Positions 50,550-64,000 of a stretch of DNA of 64,000 nt are shown in pieces. The stretch spans positions 1,612,001-1,676,000 of the forward strand of contig CM022670.1 of assembly GCA_012295275.1 (NCBI GenBank). Direction: 5' to 3'. Every line of letters starts with the position of its first letter. The stretch's first letter is position 1. Origin of the DNA: Chrysomallon squamiferum (Eukaryota > Animalia > Mollusca). The notes beneath the pieces are model-generated. The model had not been told where the DNA came from. It worked only from the letters and a program-made list of their open reading frames with translations, and ran no database searches. Position numbers and translations under genes: made by a program.

Positions 50550-53500
50550 AGCTTGTATAAAAATAAAATGCTCAGAATAAAATAATAGCCTAAACACAAT
50601 GTATTGAATTTGTCCATATTCAGAAGCTTTGTTCTATTGTTGCTTTTCAGTTTATATAGTGTGCGCATTTGTAATTTATTTTGTATGTTATCAATATATT
50701 AATGTGTTTTTTAGTTACTATGTTGTAATGAAATAAAATCAAGTATGTATTGTAAAAGCAACAAGTGAAATTGAACAAATCATTTTAAAGATTTAATTGT
50801 TTGAGCTAAAAAGTTTTAGTTAGATACTGAATAACATCTAAACTGGTTATCAGTGTGATGCTTAAGTCTTTGTTTCTTTTACTCATTTATAAATGTAGTG
50901 GTCAAATAATTAATATATATCAAATCAATATATTTTGAAAAAAATATATGTTTCTTAACATTTTTCAAAGGCAGACAATTTATTTTTAAAGGAAATATGG
51001 TAAAGGTGAATTCATATCAAGTGTACATAATAAGATGCCCCTACCAGAGCTAACTAGTAAATAACCCTAGACTATAAATAAGTTTTCACTCTTCTTAACC
51101 ACTGCCAAAAAAAAAAAAAAAAAAAGATAACCCCGTCTCAAAAAATGTTGGCCATTTCCATAAAAATTATAAATTTAAAAAAAAAAAAAAGAAAGAATAA
51201 TATTGACATGTTGAGAAAACAATCAACACAGTAAGCTGAATCTTTACAAGATACTGGCATTGGTAGAACTAGATGATCATTAAGTTGTTAATAGATTTGT
51301 ACTGAACATTTTTTAATTTTTTTTTATTTAAATTGAAGTCTGGCAGATTACTTTCAGCATGAACTGTGGACACTAAAAGACATTATCTATTGGTGTCAGA
51401 GATATTCCAAATTTAAAAAAAAAAATTATAATTTTTTTTTTTATAGACTTCTGTTGCCAAAGGTTGGTAATATAAAAAGGATGTTATCAGACTAATAATT
51501 CTCGGCTTATTGATTTTCCTTGTTCTTGCACTCCATGCTATTGATTGCTTCTACTTCATTGCAACAGCATTGATTGGCTAAAATCTCCCAAACACGTTGT
51601 TCTGTGCTCTAACAGTTTATTCTGGAAATTACTAATTATCACCTTCTTCAAACCAGTAAGTGTATTTGTCTCCTCAGTGGTATGGAACACTGATGTTATA
51701 AAATACGAATGTATGCAAGAGACATGTGAAATTGTAATGCGTTATCATATAAAACATTAATAGAAATTGTGAGTGAAATAGTAAAGAGAAATAATTGATC
51801 ATGTTATAGGAATCCTTAATATTTGTGATATGTACACCATCGCAGCAGAAATGATTGTGTGGGTGGGTGGGTGTGAGTTCATGTTTGTGTACAGGTTTTT
51901 TTAGTTTTTTTATTAACAAAATCAGGAGTATTATTATAAAATGCCTTTGGTGTTAAGCTGAGAAGGTTCACATGACCAAAATTAGTTAAATTTACAGATG
52001 TATCGAGTAAGTTACAAACATATTATATTATAATTTGATACTTACGAAGTGCAGACATCATTATTCAGAATGTTAATTAGAAAATGTGGGAAACTGGCCA
52101 ACAAAACTGAAATTGGTGTGTGCATGTGCATGGTCTGATGTGTATTCTATACTTGTATCGACATTTCTTCTCATCTTTATTTATTTCATTTACCTTTAGA
52201 ATCTCTAATTAACACCTTTTCTGTTTTTTAATTCTGCTCATGTAAAAAAGAAGAAACTGTTCTTTTCCTTTTCTCAGTTCTTCATTTCCACTAATCATTT
52301 TTGTTATTCTGTTGCAATTTATTTATTTTTGTAAATGTATCTTTTACTGTTGTACAACTGCACATTCACATCTGTTAATAAATAAAATCTGTTAGGTGTT
52401 GGTAATACACCAAAAGAAATAACAGGTTGTCTGTTTTTTTCATTAAATTTAGTGCATCATAAAATATGCATAGTGAAATTAGTGTCGGGGAAAACAATGG
52501 CTCGTTTTCTTTCAGAATAGAATAGTGGTATATGTGACCTATCACGCACAAAGGAAATTGATTTCTTTAATAAATAACCAGTTTTTCTGTTTGAAATATG
52601 TTTTGATTTGGGGTTTTATTGTATCCCTTGATAAAATAGCAGGGCTTAGTGACCACGTACCAGGGAGAACCATTAGTGTTCAGTTGTTTTTACTGCTCCT
52701 CTGTGGTCACTTGCATTTGGTTAATGTGTACTTTCTGAATATTTCAGCCTGTGAAAGTGTTCCTTTCATACAACTCATGGAGTGATTAAAATCAAAATGT
52801 TTCACCTATTTCTTACTCTAAATTTTGTCATGAATCTACATTTTATCACATGTGTCTGATGATAAATGTTGTTAATATATCTTTTTCAATACAGGCTCTT
52901 GTTCTTTTTTGTAAATATAGTTGTTATAAATAGACTGATGACTGTGCTTTTGGTTGATGATTGTGAAGAAAGTTAGATTTTGCTATTTTTTTTTAGTTTT
53001 TTTTATTATGTATTAAATTGGGTTTAAAATGAAACCAGTGCATATGTCAAAAGTATGTTTTTAGAAGTTCATTATACTTTCCATTTCAGTTTTCTAAAAA
53101 TCTTGATTGGTCTAATTTTTGTATATTGGTTAAATGCATTTCTTACTAAATACTTCACTTTTAATGACGTTTGTTCAGAGTTGTGTGGCTTTCCTGCTTA
53201 CTGCTGATAATTTATCTAATGAACAGAGATCACCCAGAAATAAGGTTTTTATTGTAGATAAAATGTATATTACTGCAGCAAAAAGTTTATTGAATAACTT
53301 GTTAAAACACATTTATTTTGGTAGGTTTTTGTAGAATCTTATTGATTGTGATAAACAAATTAATTCATTATATTTTATTTTATTATTTTGAAACATCAAC
53401 TGTGATCTTGTAGTTCTGTTTATCACAGAAACAACATGAAAATTACTTTCACTGTTTATATTGGATCAAATGTTTTATTATTATTGTTTTAAAATAAACT

Positions 53501-54074
53501 TTAATTATCAGGTGGTATACACAAAAGACACTAGAAACAGTCTTTTTGATTTTTTTAAACACTTCATTGAGGTTTGTTGAATATAATTATGTATTTCAGC
53601 AATACCTCCACTATGCCTGCAGATACTGCACAAATCACATCAAGTAATTTTGACCTATTGAGAATAGGCCGACAGCTTTATTATTTATCTGCTTGGCCGT
53701 CAGCAAAACATGCTGGTGTACCCAACCAAATCATCATTCACCAGCCTGCTGGGACACCCAGTACCTTCTGAATGGCTTTCACTCCACTTGATCAATATTT
53801 TTCTATCATTGCTGATGGGTCTCACAGTCTGACAGCATTAAGTGTGACCTCTGCCTGGGCTTCTCTAGTCTGTTCTTTTAAACACTTGTCAAAACCACTT
53901 TGTTAGCAAATGTCACTACCACTCTTCTTCTGCTTAAATAATGAATTCTCAAAAAATTATTTTTATCGAAATGTATCTTCTCGTTGTCTGTCCTTGATCC
54001 TTCCAAAAGCAATGACCTCATTTATTAATCATATTGAAAAAAAATGTAGACTTAACTAAAGAGTTTGTGTTGCA

Positions 54075-54088
54075 GTTCCCATGGCAAC
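54075..54088. promoter_or_regulatory. RFX X-box
   Basis: GTTCCCATGGCAAC matches the X-box consensus; followed by a GC-richer stretch ending ATG|GTAAGC at 54321. Confidence 0.55.
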
Positions 54089-55334
54089 AGTGTGTGTTCA
54101 TTGAAGGAATTTATCGAGTTTCCCCACTTCCAATACATAGTCTTGGTACATTCCCAAGCCAGTGTTGGCTTATCTCTGAGCGAGCTTGCTGCTCTCTACT
54201 GCATCTTGTTCACCCAATGTCTGCACAGCTCACTTGATCATCACCTAATGACTACAGCTCAGTTGAGGAATATATAACATTACATTGAACCAAATAGCAT
54301 TCTTTTTTCCTGTGAATTATGGTAAGCTTACTTTTATCATCTGAATGTGTTGTTTTCTTTATATTTTTGTGTTTCCATTGTTTTATAATGGTATCAGACA
54401 TCTCAAGCACTGATATTGATTGATGTCAACCATGGCTCTTTCTGGCATGGCTTGGTTTTGTTGTTACACAAGACCAGAAAAATGGCACATATGGTACAGA
54501 AAATAGTTTTTCTAGTGTTTTTGTTTTAAATTATTTTAATGAACAAATGTTCCATGGCTTAAACATACAAAAGCAAGTAGAATAACAAGAACTTTTTCTG
54601 TTGAATGCTTTAAATGTTTTAAGGAAACAACACTGGCTGTCAGGTGTTCATTGTAAGATTTACACAGTTCCTGGCACTGATGGTAGGGAAATAAAAAAAA
54701 AATTGTTTTGGAAAAGCGTATTTTTCTTTTTCTTTCTTTAAAGCCAAAAATTGTATTTTACTGCAATCTGGTATTGGTATGTAGATAATATTTATTTAAT
54801 TTGGAACATTTTGTTTCTTCTGGAAATAGGAACATGTTTCATGTTTAATGAATGATTGTTTTGAATGATCCACGTTCTTCCATATGTTTTCTTGCTGGTG
54901 ATAATTCTGTTGTTAATACATGGAGCTGAATTAACTGAGCATCTTTTGACATAACTCGTGTAAAACTACTTGTACACCATGTTTAAACAACTACTTTCAA
55001 GAAAAACAAGCTTTTTACATGCTGTAGAATTTATGAGCATCTTTTGATCTTGTACGTGTTCAACTACATTTGTTAAAGCATCTGTGATTAGAGAGTAAAC
55101 AAGCTTTTTTTTTTATTTGGCCATGGTTTTTATCTTCATTTGCTAAAATGTTGTTTTTAATGTGAATGCCCAGACATGATGCTATCAGCAGATGTGGCTA
55201 ATTGTCTCATAACAGACGCGTGTCACTGAAAATAAACCAGAAAGAGTCGGAGCTAGGCTTGATTGAAGATAAGAGGGATCTGAACAAGACAGATTTGTGA
55301 AAATATGTATTTTGATAATGTTTCATTATATGTA

Positions 55335-55562
55335 TTCATTATTATTATATTATTATTATTATTATTTTTGAAGTCTTTAAAGTTGCATACATATTAGTAA
55401 GAATGTTATAGTATCTAATATAAAATGGCACAAAATCAGTTTTATTATATTTATTCATCTTTTGTTTATTTTATTATTATTATTTTTTTTAAAGTCATTG
55501 AGGTTACATATATATTAGGAAGGATGTTATAGTATGTAATATAAATTGGCACAAAGTTAGTT
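55335..55562. repeat. Diverged tandem duplication, about 120-bp period
   Basis: Two copies of (tta)n...aagtc...tatt­ag.aag.atgttatagtat.taatataaa.tggcacaaa.t.agtt. Confidence 0.8.
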
Positions 55563-56087
55563 ATAACAATACACTGCAAATTACCAAAATTGTCATAGTT
55601 GACTCATTAACTTTCCTTTATCAGCAATTATTTGTATACAGAGTTCTTGATTAAACTGTATGTAGTGTCTATCTGTACTTCCATTTTAACCTGTCATCTG
55701 ATGTACTTAAACCTCCAGATCAAAGAGAAAATCTTGAGATCCTTGAGAATTCTTCTGGGAAGATCTGTACATTTTATACCCTTTAATCACTGTTGCTTAA
55801 AATTTAATTTGGAAATTAATCAGTGAAAGCAGACTGCGGTGAAGCATAAACTACAGAATTGGCTTTGTTTCTGGTTTCATAGACACAGCAATGAAAAAAT
55901 AATGTATGTTCTTTATAATGTAGCATTAGCTCCTTGAAGACTCCAGTCTGGAGTCGCAGATCCTCTTTGATTTCTGTTTAATGTTGGATAAATTCAAAGT
56001 TATTTTTGAAAGTTAATTGAAGCAGATTTCCACCTATCTTCTTTTAGTCCGCAGTTCAGGGCATTGATTTTGTGTTATATCATTTTT

Positions 56088-56091
<4 letters not shown>

Positions 56092-56138
<47 letters not shown>

Positions 56139-56285
56139 GTATATATGTGTATGTATGTGTGTGTATATGCATATGTATGTATATTGTACATATACATACA
56201 CTGTATGTATGTATGTATACACTTGTGTGTATTAACATACATATTCATATATATATAAATGTGTTTATATGTGTGTATATGTATA

Positions 56286-56320
<35 letters not shown>

Positions 56321-56430
56321 ATACATATATATGTATATAAAATGTATGTATTAATGTGTTAATATGTGTGTATATGTATATACATGTGTGTGTGTGTGTG
56401 TGTGAGTGTGTGAGTGAGTGTGTGAGTGTT
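56092..56430. repeat. Compound (CA)n/(TA)n/(TG)n alternating purine-pyrimidine tract
   Basis: Direct reading. Confidence 0.9.
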
Positions 56431-59400
56431 GACTTTTGAAACTAATGCTGACAGCATTTGGTATTTTTCTGACTCATTTTCCTTCATAATAATCCTTTTA
56501 TATTCGTATCAGAATCTGTTGTCCAGGAATGAAAACATCTGAGTTTTCATCTAAGTGCTGTAATTTTGCAGCTCGGTTGCTATTGACAGTATAAATCTTT
56601 TAAGAAGGTACATGTGTCTAGATTTTTTTGTTTTGACAACAGTGATTATTTTTGATGGAAATGTTTTATGAGTTGAAAAGATGATTAAATCTTTTAAAAT
56701 CTGTTTTAGGATATCAAATTGGTGAATATCTGCCACATTGCCTTTGGCCACTTTCTGCCTTTTCTTTCATAACTGTTGTTAATTTTCACTGCTAAGGCTC
56801 ATTCTGCCAATTCCTTGGAGTACTTGTTGTTTGGTTTCTAAGATGGTTTGCAGCCTTTTATCTTCTGCTTCAAGTGATATATGCAGAGTGTAAATTATAC
56901 CATTTGACTTGCTTCGGTCTCAAACTATTTTATAGATTTTCTTTGTACAATAATCGCCCAGAAATAATTGATTGAATAAAATTCTTGGTTTGCTATTGAT
57001 TTTTCATGTTTCATGCTGGTAATTTCTTCCAGGAATAATGTATACAAAGTAAACAATTGTTCACTCAGACAGACAGACATAAGAAGAAATGTAAATATTA
57101 GAAATATATTACTGGAGAGTAGGTGTGTGTGACTGAGTAAGTGAGTTCTGGTGGTCAGTTCTTGGACATAACAACATGACATGCTTCTTATGTTAAGCCA
57201 ATAAACAAGGATAAATGATAACCAACTTTTGTTGTCTTTCATAGTTACGAGAGACCTAAAATGTCAAAGGATGTAAATTATGTATTACTTAACAATCAGC
57301 TGACATAACACATCAATCAGGGGAAATCATATCAGTGTATTTATCTAAGGAGTAATGATTGACAAAAATGAATTGTTGGGTCTGAAGTTACATAGAAATG
57401 GTTAATATTAGATCCTGGACTCATGTCTTCCTAATTAACATAATTATTTGGACATTTCTATTTCTGGTCATGTTGTGTGAAAGCCACAGTGGTGTTTTCA
57501 TGCTTGTGTAAATAATTTAGTGACTTAATCAAAGTGTTTTGAGATATCTTTAGTGTATTTTCTTACGAGCCAGATTATGAATCATGATTTCTGTCAGTAT
57601 CTGATTTTACTGAAATTAGTTTCTTAGGTACTGGCAAGTATGAAGTATGCCCATTAAAAATATGCTTGAACCATTTACTTTTGTAGTTTAAAATATAAAA
57701 ATTAATTCCAGTTTGAATTCTTTATAAAAATTTCCTCAGGTAATTATTTCCTTTCATCACTAAAATTATTTCAATAGTTAATTTTGCCTTGAACACACAG
57801 ATTCTGAAAAGCAAAATGACAAGTTTATACGAAGTATGACACTTTATTACTTGTATATTTCTCAAATTACTTTTAAACATTTTTTTTAGAAAATTAAACA
57901 ATCATTAACATATTAATAGTTAATTTTGATGGTAATATATGTGTCAGAAAACAAAATAATAGAGCAGACATTTATAAAGTGTCCACTTTATTTCTAGACT
58001 GAAACTATAATCTGATCATAATCAATGAACAAAAATAATTCCTAGAACTTGGTGGAAACGGACATTTCCAACAGAGCAGTAATTAGAAAATGTCGTGGGA
58101 GAGAAAGCAAGAATGGTTGAAAAAGGCCTTTGGGGCTTAACAGTTGTTCGCAGCTCCATAGATGTGAAGTAGTAATTGCATTGTGGTGTTTTTCTCGTAT
58201 CATTGAGAGGAAATAGATTTTCTATCTCTGACGTCAAACATGTCTTTGATTATTTGAAATTCTTCAACAGTGGAACAATGGTTACTATAATCATTAAAGC
58301 ATTTAGAATTGGCTTTTAATAGTTGTGTTTCAAGTGGATCCGATTTAGAATGTTTTTATTTTTATTTTCCGATCTTATTTTTATTTCTTTCAGTTAAAAA
58401 AAAAAAGGTGTTACTGTGTATAATGTCATAGTTCAGGGTTATTTGTAGGTGGAATACTAAAACAACATTTTCTGTTTTTAATTGTGTTTATTAACCAAAT
58501 TTGTAAAAGACAGTCATAATTAATCAAAGTTTTTAAAGGTAGAATTTGTGAGGAAAACATTAAAGATGTTACATGTATTAGCACTACAAAAATATCTGTT
58601 TAAACCAATGCAGGTAAAATAAAGTTTGTTTTAAACTGTTATACGTTAATCTTGAAAATACAAATTAGCATAATGTATTTATATTTTACAGATATTTATA
58701 TAAGGTACAAACTTGTACACAAAAAAAATAATACTCCAAGTATTTTGATAGATACCATTTACATCCTGAAAATTTTGCTGTTATGTATGATTTTGACAAT
58801 ATCATGCTGGAACTGATTCAGGAGTTATTTCAATATTATTAAATACTGAATTAAATAATTACATAGTATGAGTTGCTACTTAGATGCCCTAACCTTAAGT
58901 ACAAAGACTGTGTCTGAAAACTAAGGTAAAAAGCACCATTACCTTTACTGACTAAAATCAAACTGCTAAATACTTGGATATGTAACTTTTAACTTGTTTA
59001 CAAGCTTGTATTAAAAAAAAAAAAGGTTAAATAAACAAATCAGATAGCTTTATGAACAGTGCCTATGTAATAACTAGCAGAACAGGTAATTTATTTTTAT
59101 AAATTACAAATGATTAAATTATTTATTACTGATTTATAATGGACTGATTAATGTGCTGCTACATTAAATTACGTTGTTAGGATTTGGGAAAAAACTGCAG
59201 TGTTTATGTATGTGTATACTGAAATGATGACAATTGAAGAATGTGTATATAGTGAGTTGGAAGCTATAGTAACCAAAGTAATATTGATTTTATTTTTGCC
59301 AGAAGTATGACAGCAAGAAGGCGTTGCCCATTCTTGTTCATTTGGATGTAGACTGGGATGGTTTTCGTTTAGTTCTATATTTTTGGACAATTCTTAATAA

Positions 59401-59499
59401 TAATAACAGAAATAATGGAAATAGGTCTAGAGAATACATTTTTTTTAAATCATTTTTTTTTATATTTATTTTTATATTTATTTTTTTAGTGGAATAGAG

Positions 59500-60200
59500 A
59501 TTTTGTTAGAATAAACACTGAATTACATGATGGTTAAATTAATAAACATTATGTCATACAGTGGTTAGATTAATAAATACTTTCTTAAATGGTGGTTAGT
59601 AAAAAAACAGAACAATAATAGTCCATTATATTACAGAGTAGTCCAATAAACTCGTAAAACATGGTTGTTGGTAAAATATTGTTTCCAGATGGCTTATAGA
59701 ATAAAGAGTGTTAAACCTGGCTGTTAATAGATTAAACAGTGTTACATAGCTGTGGAATTAGCACAGTATTATAAAGTTATATTATACAGTAATAAAAAGT
59801 ATTAACAGAGGCTAGAGGTGTAATGAAAAAAGTATGACCTCGTAGTTTTTAAAATAAAACTATTTCAGGACGACTGGTGGAAGAAACAAAGTGAATGAGT
59901 GACATGTTTTATTATTATTATTATATATGGTTAGGTTAACAAATGCTTTATTGTATGGGGGTTATTGTTAAACAGTAGTTAGTGGAATAAACTCTGTATT
60001 ACATGGTAGTTAGTAAAATAAAGAGTATATTATATGGTGGGGTGGTATAAAAAAATAGTCTTATATGGTGGTTAATGAAATAAACACTACACTACACAGA
60101 GGCTATTAGAATAAACACTGTAACATATAATACCTAGTAGAATGAACATTAATACATGGTGTAAACTGGAATAAATATAGAATTACACCAGGACTAATCT
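59500..60200. repeat. Highly degenerate minisatellite, about 30-33 bp period
   Basis: Recurring TAGTAGAATAAACACTGTATTACATGGTGGT-like units. Confidence 0.6.
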
Positions 60201-61312
60201 GTGGGGAAAATGTGCTTGAGAAGGATGGGCCTGATGCCAGTCCTGTTGATCTATAATTAAATCATTTGACAGTGACTTAACAGTATGTTTAGATATGTGT
60301 GTTTACATAAAAATAATCAGTTCATTTGCATATCACAGTACTTTGTTATGGTTCTTTTGAAGATATGTCAGATGGTTGTTTTAAAGATGGTTGTTGGTTG
60401 TTTCATACATTTTTCTGTGATTTGTGATATATAAGACATAGTCCTATAATTTTACATAGAAACAGTAATTCTAGATCACTGGTGAGCAGCTGTTGGCTTT
60501 GGAAATCGTTGATATTGCATATATATATATATAATGTACGGTAGAATATAAAAAAATTGATTTCTTTGGGTTATTGTTCAGAGCTGAACTTGTCAACATC
60601 TTGTTTTCCATTTCAATGCATTAATTAAATCCACCTCTTTATTTTGTGTGTTTCTATCTTGGAAAAAGAAATGAAGAAATGTCTGAGTTTAAAAAAATAA
60701 ATTCATTAACAATTTTCCATATTTTTTCTTAGTGATTTGTTTTTCCCACCTCGTTTGTTTTGTTTAAACTTTATTAATAATTTCTGGATTTTAAAAACAT
60801 ATTTTACCTGTATTTAAAAAAAAACTTTTTTTTTCTTCTAATTTTTAAATTTGTTTTGTTTTTGTTAACGTATGAGAAGAAAGGTTTTAAAATAAAATTT
60901 CAAATATATTGAAAGCATTCACTGACCTTGTAAATTGTAATTGAATTCTACAGACCACTTAAATACAGATGAAAAACAGATTTAGAAAAATAGCACAAAT
61001 GTGTATGCATTTCCTTTAGAATTTAACCATTAGTAATATTATTGAATAACAAACTGAATCAATAAATGAATTAAATGATTGTATTGGAAACTCCTAATGG
61101 ACTTTTACAAGAGGTTAGATAAGTTTATTGTTCAGGAAATAGATCTTGTGAATGATTTATTACACTGCTTGTTGTTAACAGTATTCTTAGGTTTTCTTAA
61201 AGGTCATGGTTTCTTTTGATCAAGGAAAGTAAATGTAGATCAATTTTTATGGTGTAGATAAAAATGGTTCTAAAAACATAGAATTTTAGAGGACTTATTT
61301 TTTCTTTTTAAA

Positions 61313-61343
<31 letters not shown>

Positions 61344-62294
61344 GATGAAAGTATGTTCTGCCAAACAATTCACAAGAGAACTCATTTCTGTGTGTATCTT
61401 TCCTATGTTATTTATAAAATTCCTTTCTAAATTGAGAATAATTACAGCACTGGTATCACTAACAATCGTTAACAATCTTGATAATGAGTGTTCAACCCAA
61501 ACAGCTACTGCACACATTCTGTGAAGATCCTTGACTTGTTGTTATCCTGATGTGTGAATTATATTCAATAAATTGTTGTCATCATTCAGGATCCTCACTG
61601 TAAGTCTTGTCAGCTAATAAACCACAGATGCACAGATACCATAGTTGGTATCAGTAAGTAAAATATACATTTCATTCCATTTTTCTATTGATCCAATTAT
61701 TAATAAGTACATTAGTACAGTACAGTTATTGATTTAGTCATTGGTGAATGTAATAGGAAAATTCCTTTGTTTGCAATTATACTGTGTAACAGATGATCAC
61801 TTAATGATATAAATTTGAAAATGTACTTAACGTGTATAATATGGAAATAGCCTCCTACACATTTTACAAAGCATTAATGGAAAATATTTTATTACAGTTG
61901 AAATATATGTGAATATTACAAAATAAGTGCTTGATTCACATTGATTTAATATTATTTGTAAAAACTAAATATTAACGATATCTATGTTATCAGTTTTACA
62001 TAGTTTATAAAAATGTATAAAACAAATATTTACTAAGAATAAATTGGTTAAATTTATATGAATCTGAAAATCTGTATTTGTACTTCATATTTTATTAGTT
62101 ACTCCATAGTTAACCAAATTCTTCTGAATCTGTTTAAAGATATTTTTATAGTTAAATAGTTGATTGTTATATATTTTGAGTTAAATTCGTTGATAGTTGT
62201 TATTAATGATTATTGGGAGTTTTTGTGTTAAGACTTCATGGATGAACACACATTTAATCAAGCGTTCATTATTATTTGAGCAATAACGAATTTC

Positions 62295-62570
62295 ACTGAT
62301 AATGACGTCATAACTGATTTCATTGCCCTGAGTTTACTGACCAATCTTGGGTCACTATCTAGCACTGTTCAATACCAGTTAGTCAAGTACAGAACTGTCG
62401 GCCATGTTTAATTGGCTTGTGTAGGACGAAGCAACGTAGGATGTATTGATGCCAGAGCCTGTTTACATCTCACTAGTGTTAATTCCGTTGGGCATTCTGG
62501 GATATATCGGTATTTTTAGTGAATGAATGAATGAATGATAGTGAAATTCTGAATTGGATTCTAAGGTAAA
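62295..62570 (+). promoter_or_regulatory. Candidate alternative promoter / first exon
   Basis: CRE palindrome ATGACGTCAT 62302-62311, CCAAT at 62341, CpG-containing stretch, donor AAG|GTAAAA at 62565/62566. Confidence 0.4.
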
Positions 62571-62604
62571 AACTATTAATTAAACTTAATTATTCTTTAT
62601 TTGA

Positions 62605-62636
<32 letters not shown>

Positions 62637-64000
62637 CATATATCAGAACGCATGTATGTTTCTTGTTTCATTATTGGAGTTAATGTATTGTTAATATTGT
62701 CATCTGGCCTAGATTTATAGTAAAATTTATTTGACACTCTGATGATACACAGCTGTTGTGGCATTATATTGTCGTTATTTCTAGCCAGTTTATCAAAAGA
62801 CGGTAAAGAATTCTGTTTGTATACAGGAAAGTACAAACATACTCACTGCCATTGTAACAAATAGTCTTTCTGGTATCAGATGGCTGAATGTCCTTTTTCA
62901 GTTATGTTAATTAAAATTTTTATATGTTATAATATTTTTGTCTATATTCATATTCTTAACTGAAGCTATATAAATCTGTTGGAAGTTAAGCATATTGTTC
63001 AAGAAAGATAAGTTGTGAAACTGAAAATGATAAAAGCTATCTTAAGTGTTTGCTTAATGACAAATTTCAGCTCACTTCAGCTAAAATTGTAAGAAATTAA
63101 TTTGTAATTATTTAATTTATTTGAATTTTTATCATTTTGCAAATAATTAAACATAAGATAAATACTGGTTAAAAAAAGATATATGTAGAAAAAAGTGAAT
63201 GTAGTAAAAATTGTCCTGAAATCAGTACATTTACTGAATCCATAATAATTTTTTGTTAGCTTATGTTGGCTTTGTTCTTTTTATGTTACTTAATGGATAC
63301 AAAATAATTTGTTTTGAATGATACTAAATTTTAGTCTATGAGAAAAACAACAACTGTGCAGTGAAATACTTTCTGTTGATAGTAATGAATGTTAATTATC
63401 CCTCCCACTGCCTCATAACCCAGTGACATTTTATGTTTGTGTTGAGTTTGTAAGCGACAGCTGTTGGTACTGAAAGCATTTTATAATAGAATGTATATGC
63501 ATAAATAGGTTTTTATTTATATTTATCAGAAGGTACTTCAAAAATCAATACTATTGAAGCACTAGGTGCAGCATAAGCAGATATCAGATAGTTTCACATT
63601 TCAAACCCATTTTTATTAACCAGTCTTTCAGTTGTGTGATGTTGAGGAGCTGAATGCTAAAAGCAGCATTTTATTTCTAAATGACAATAATTATTTTTTC
63701 ATCAGAACTGTAAAAAAGATTTTTAGATATCTTATGTCATCTGGATATGTTTAAATACTAAGCTGTAAGTATTTTTACATTTAATTATGCGGATGCGAGA
63801 AATAATGTAATTATCAACATCAGTAACAGAGGAAGAGGAGCAGAATAAGAATTGAGCTCTACTTATTAAATTAAAACATTTTTTGTTACATAATTTTACA
63901 AATGATCTGTTGTTGTTTTTGTTTTTTTAATGTTCTGGACTGGAGTTCCAGAATTACTAGTGAATGACTTTTCATTCTGTTGATTGTTATTGCATTATTA

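Noticed and set aside
55939-55955. Inverted repeat GACTCCAG-T-CTGGAGTC
   Set aside because: 8-bp arms are expected by chance in 64 kb; no supporting context
56500-57250. Minus-strand ORFs (66 and 105 aa)
   Set aside because: No motifs, no consistent splice signals, stops in neighbouring frames

Overview
Very AT-rich, microsatellite-rich animal genomic DNA (invertebrate, probably mollusc-like; taxon is inference). The ORF track is almost entirely noise. The main gene is a multi-exon FCHO1/2 (F-BAR plus mu-homology domain clathrin/AP-2 nucleator) orthologue on the + strand, CDS 18450-37027. I reconstructed 29 exons by hand with consistent splice phases. It includes one U12-type (minor spliceosome) GT-AG intron (28996-29265), three frame-preserving candidate cassette microexons in TGCATG-rich introns, and one mu-HD exon (35232-35368) broken by frameshifts and stops. 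A divergent minus-strand gene probably starts near 17.6 kb at a dense DR4/CLEAR/CRE/CCAAT element; its probable first coding exon (8868-9031) carries a dileucine-type motif. A third, unidentified + strand gene appears to start at about 42.6 kb with several candidate alternative 5' exons, and no recognisable coding body lies in the window. Repeats include a 2.4 kb two-unit (32/37 bp) minisatellite abutting a decayed LINE 3' end, a 796 bp Tc2-like MITE, degenerate minisatellites and many SSRs. No CRISPR, rRNA or tRNA was seen.
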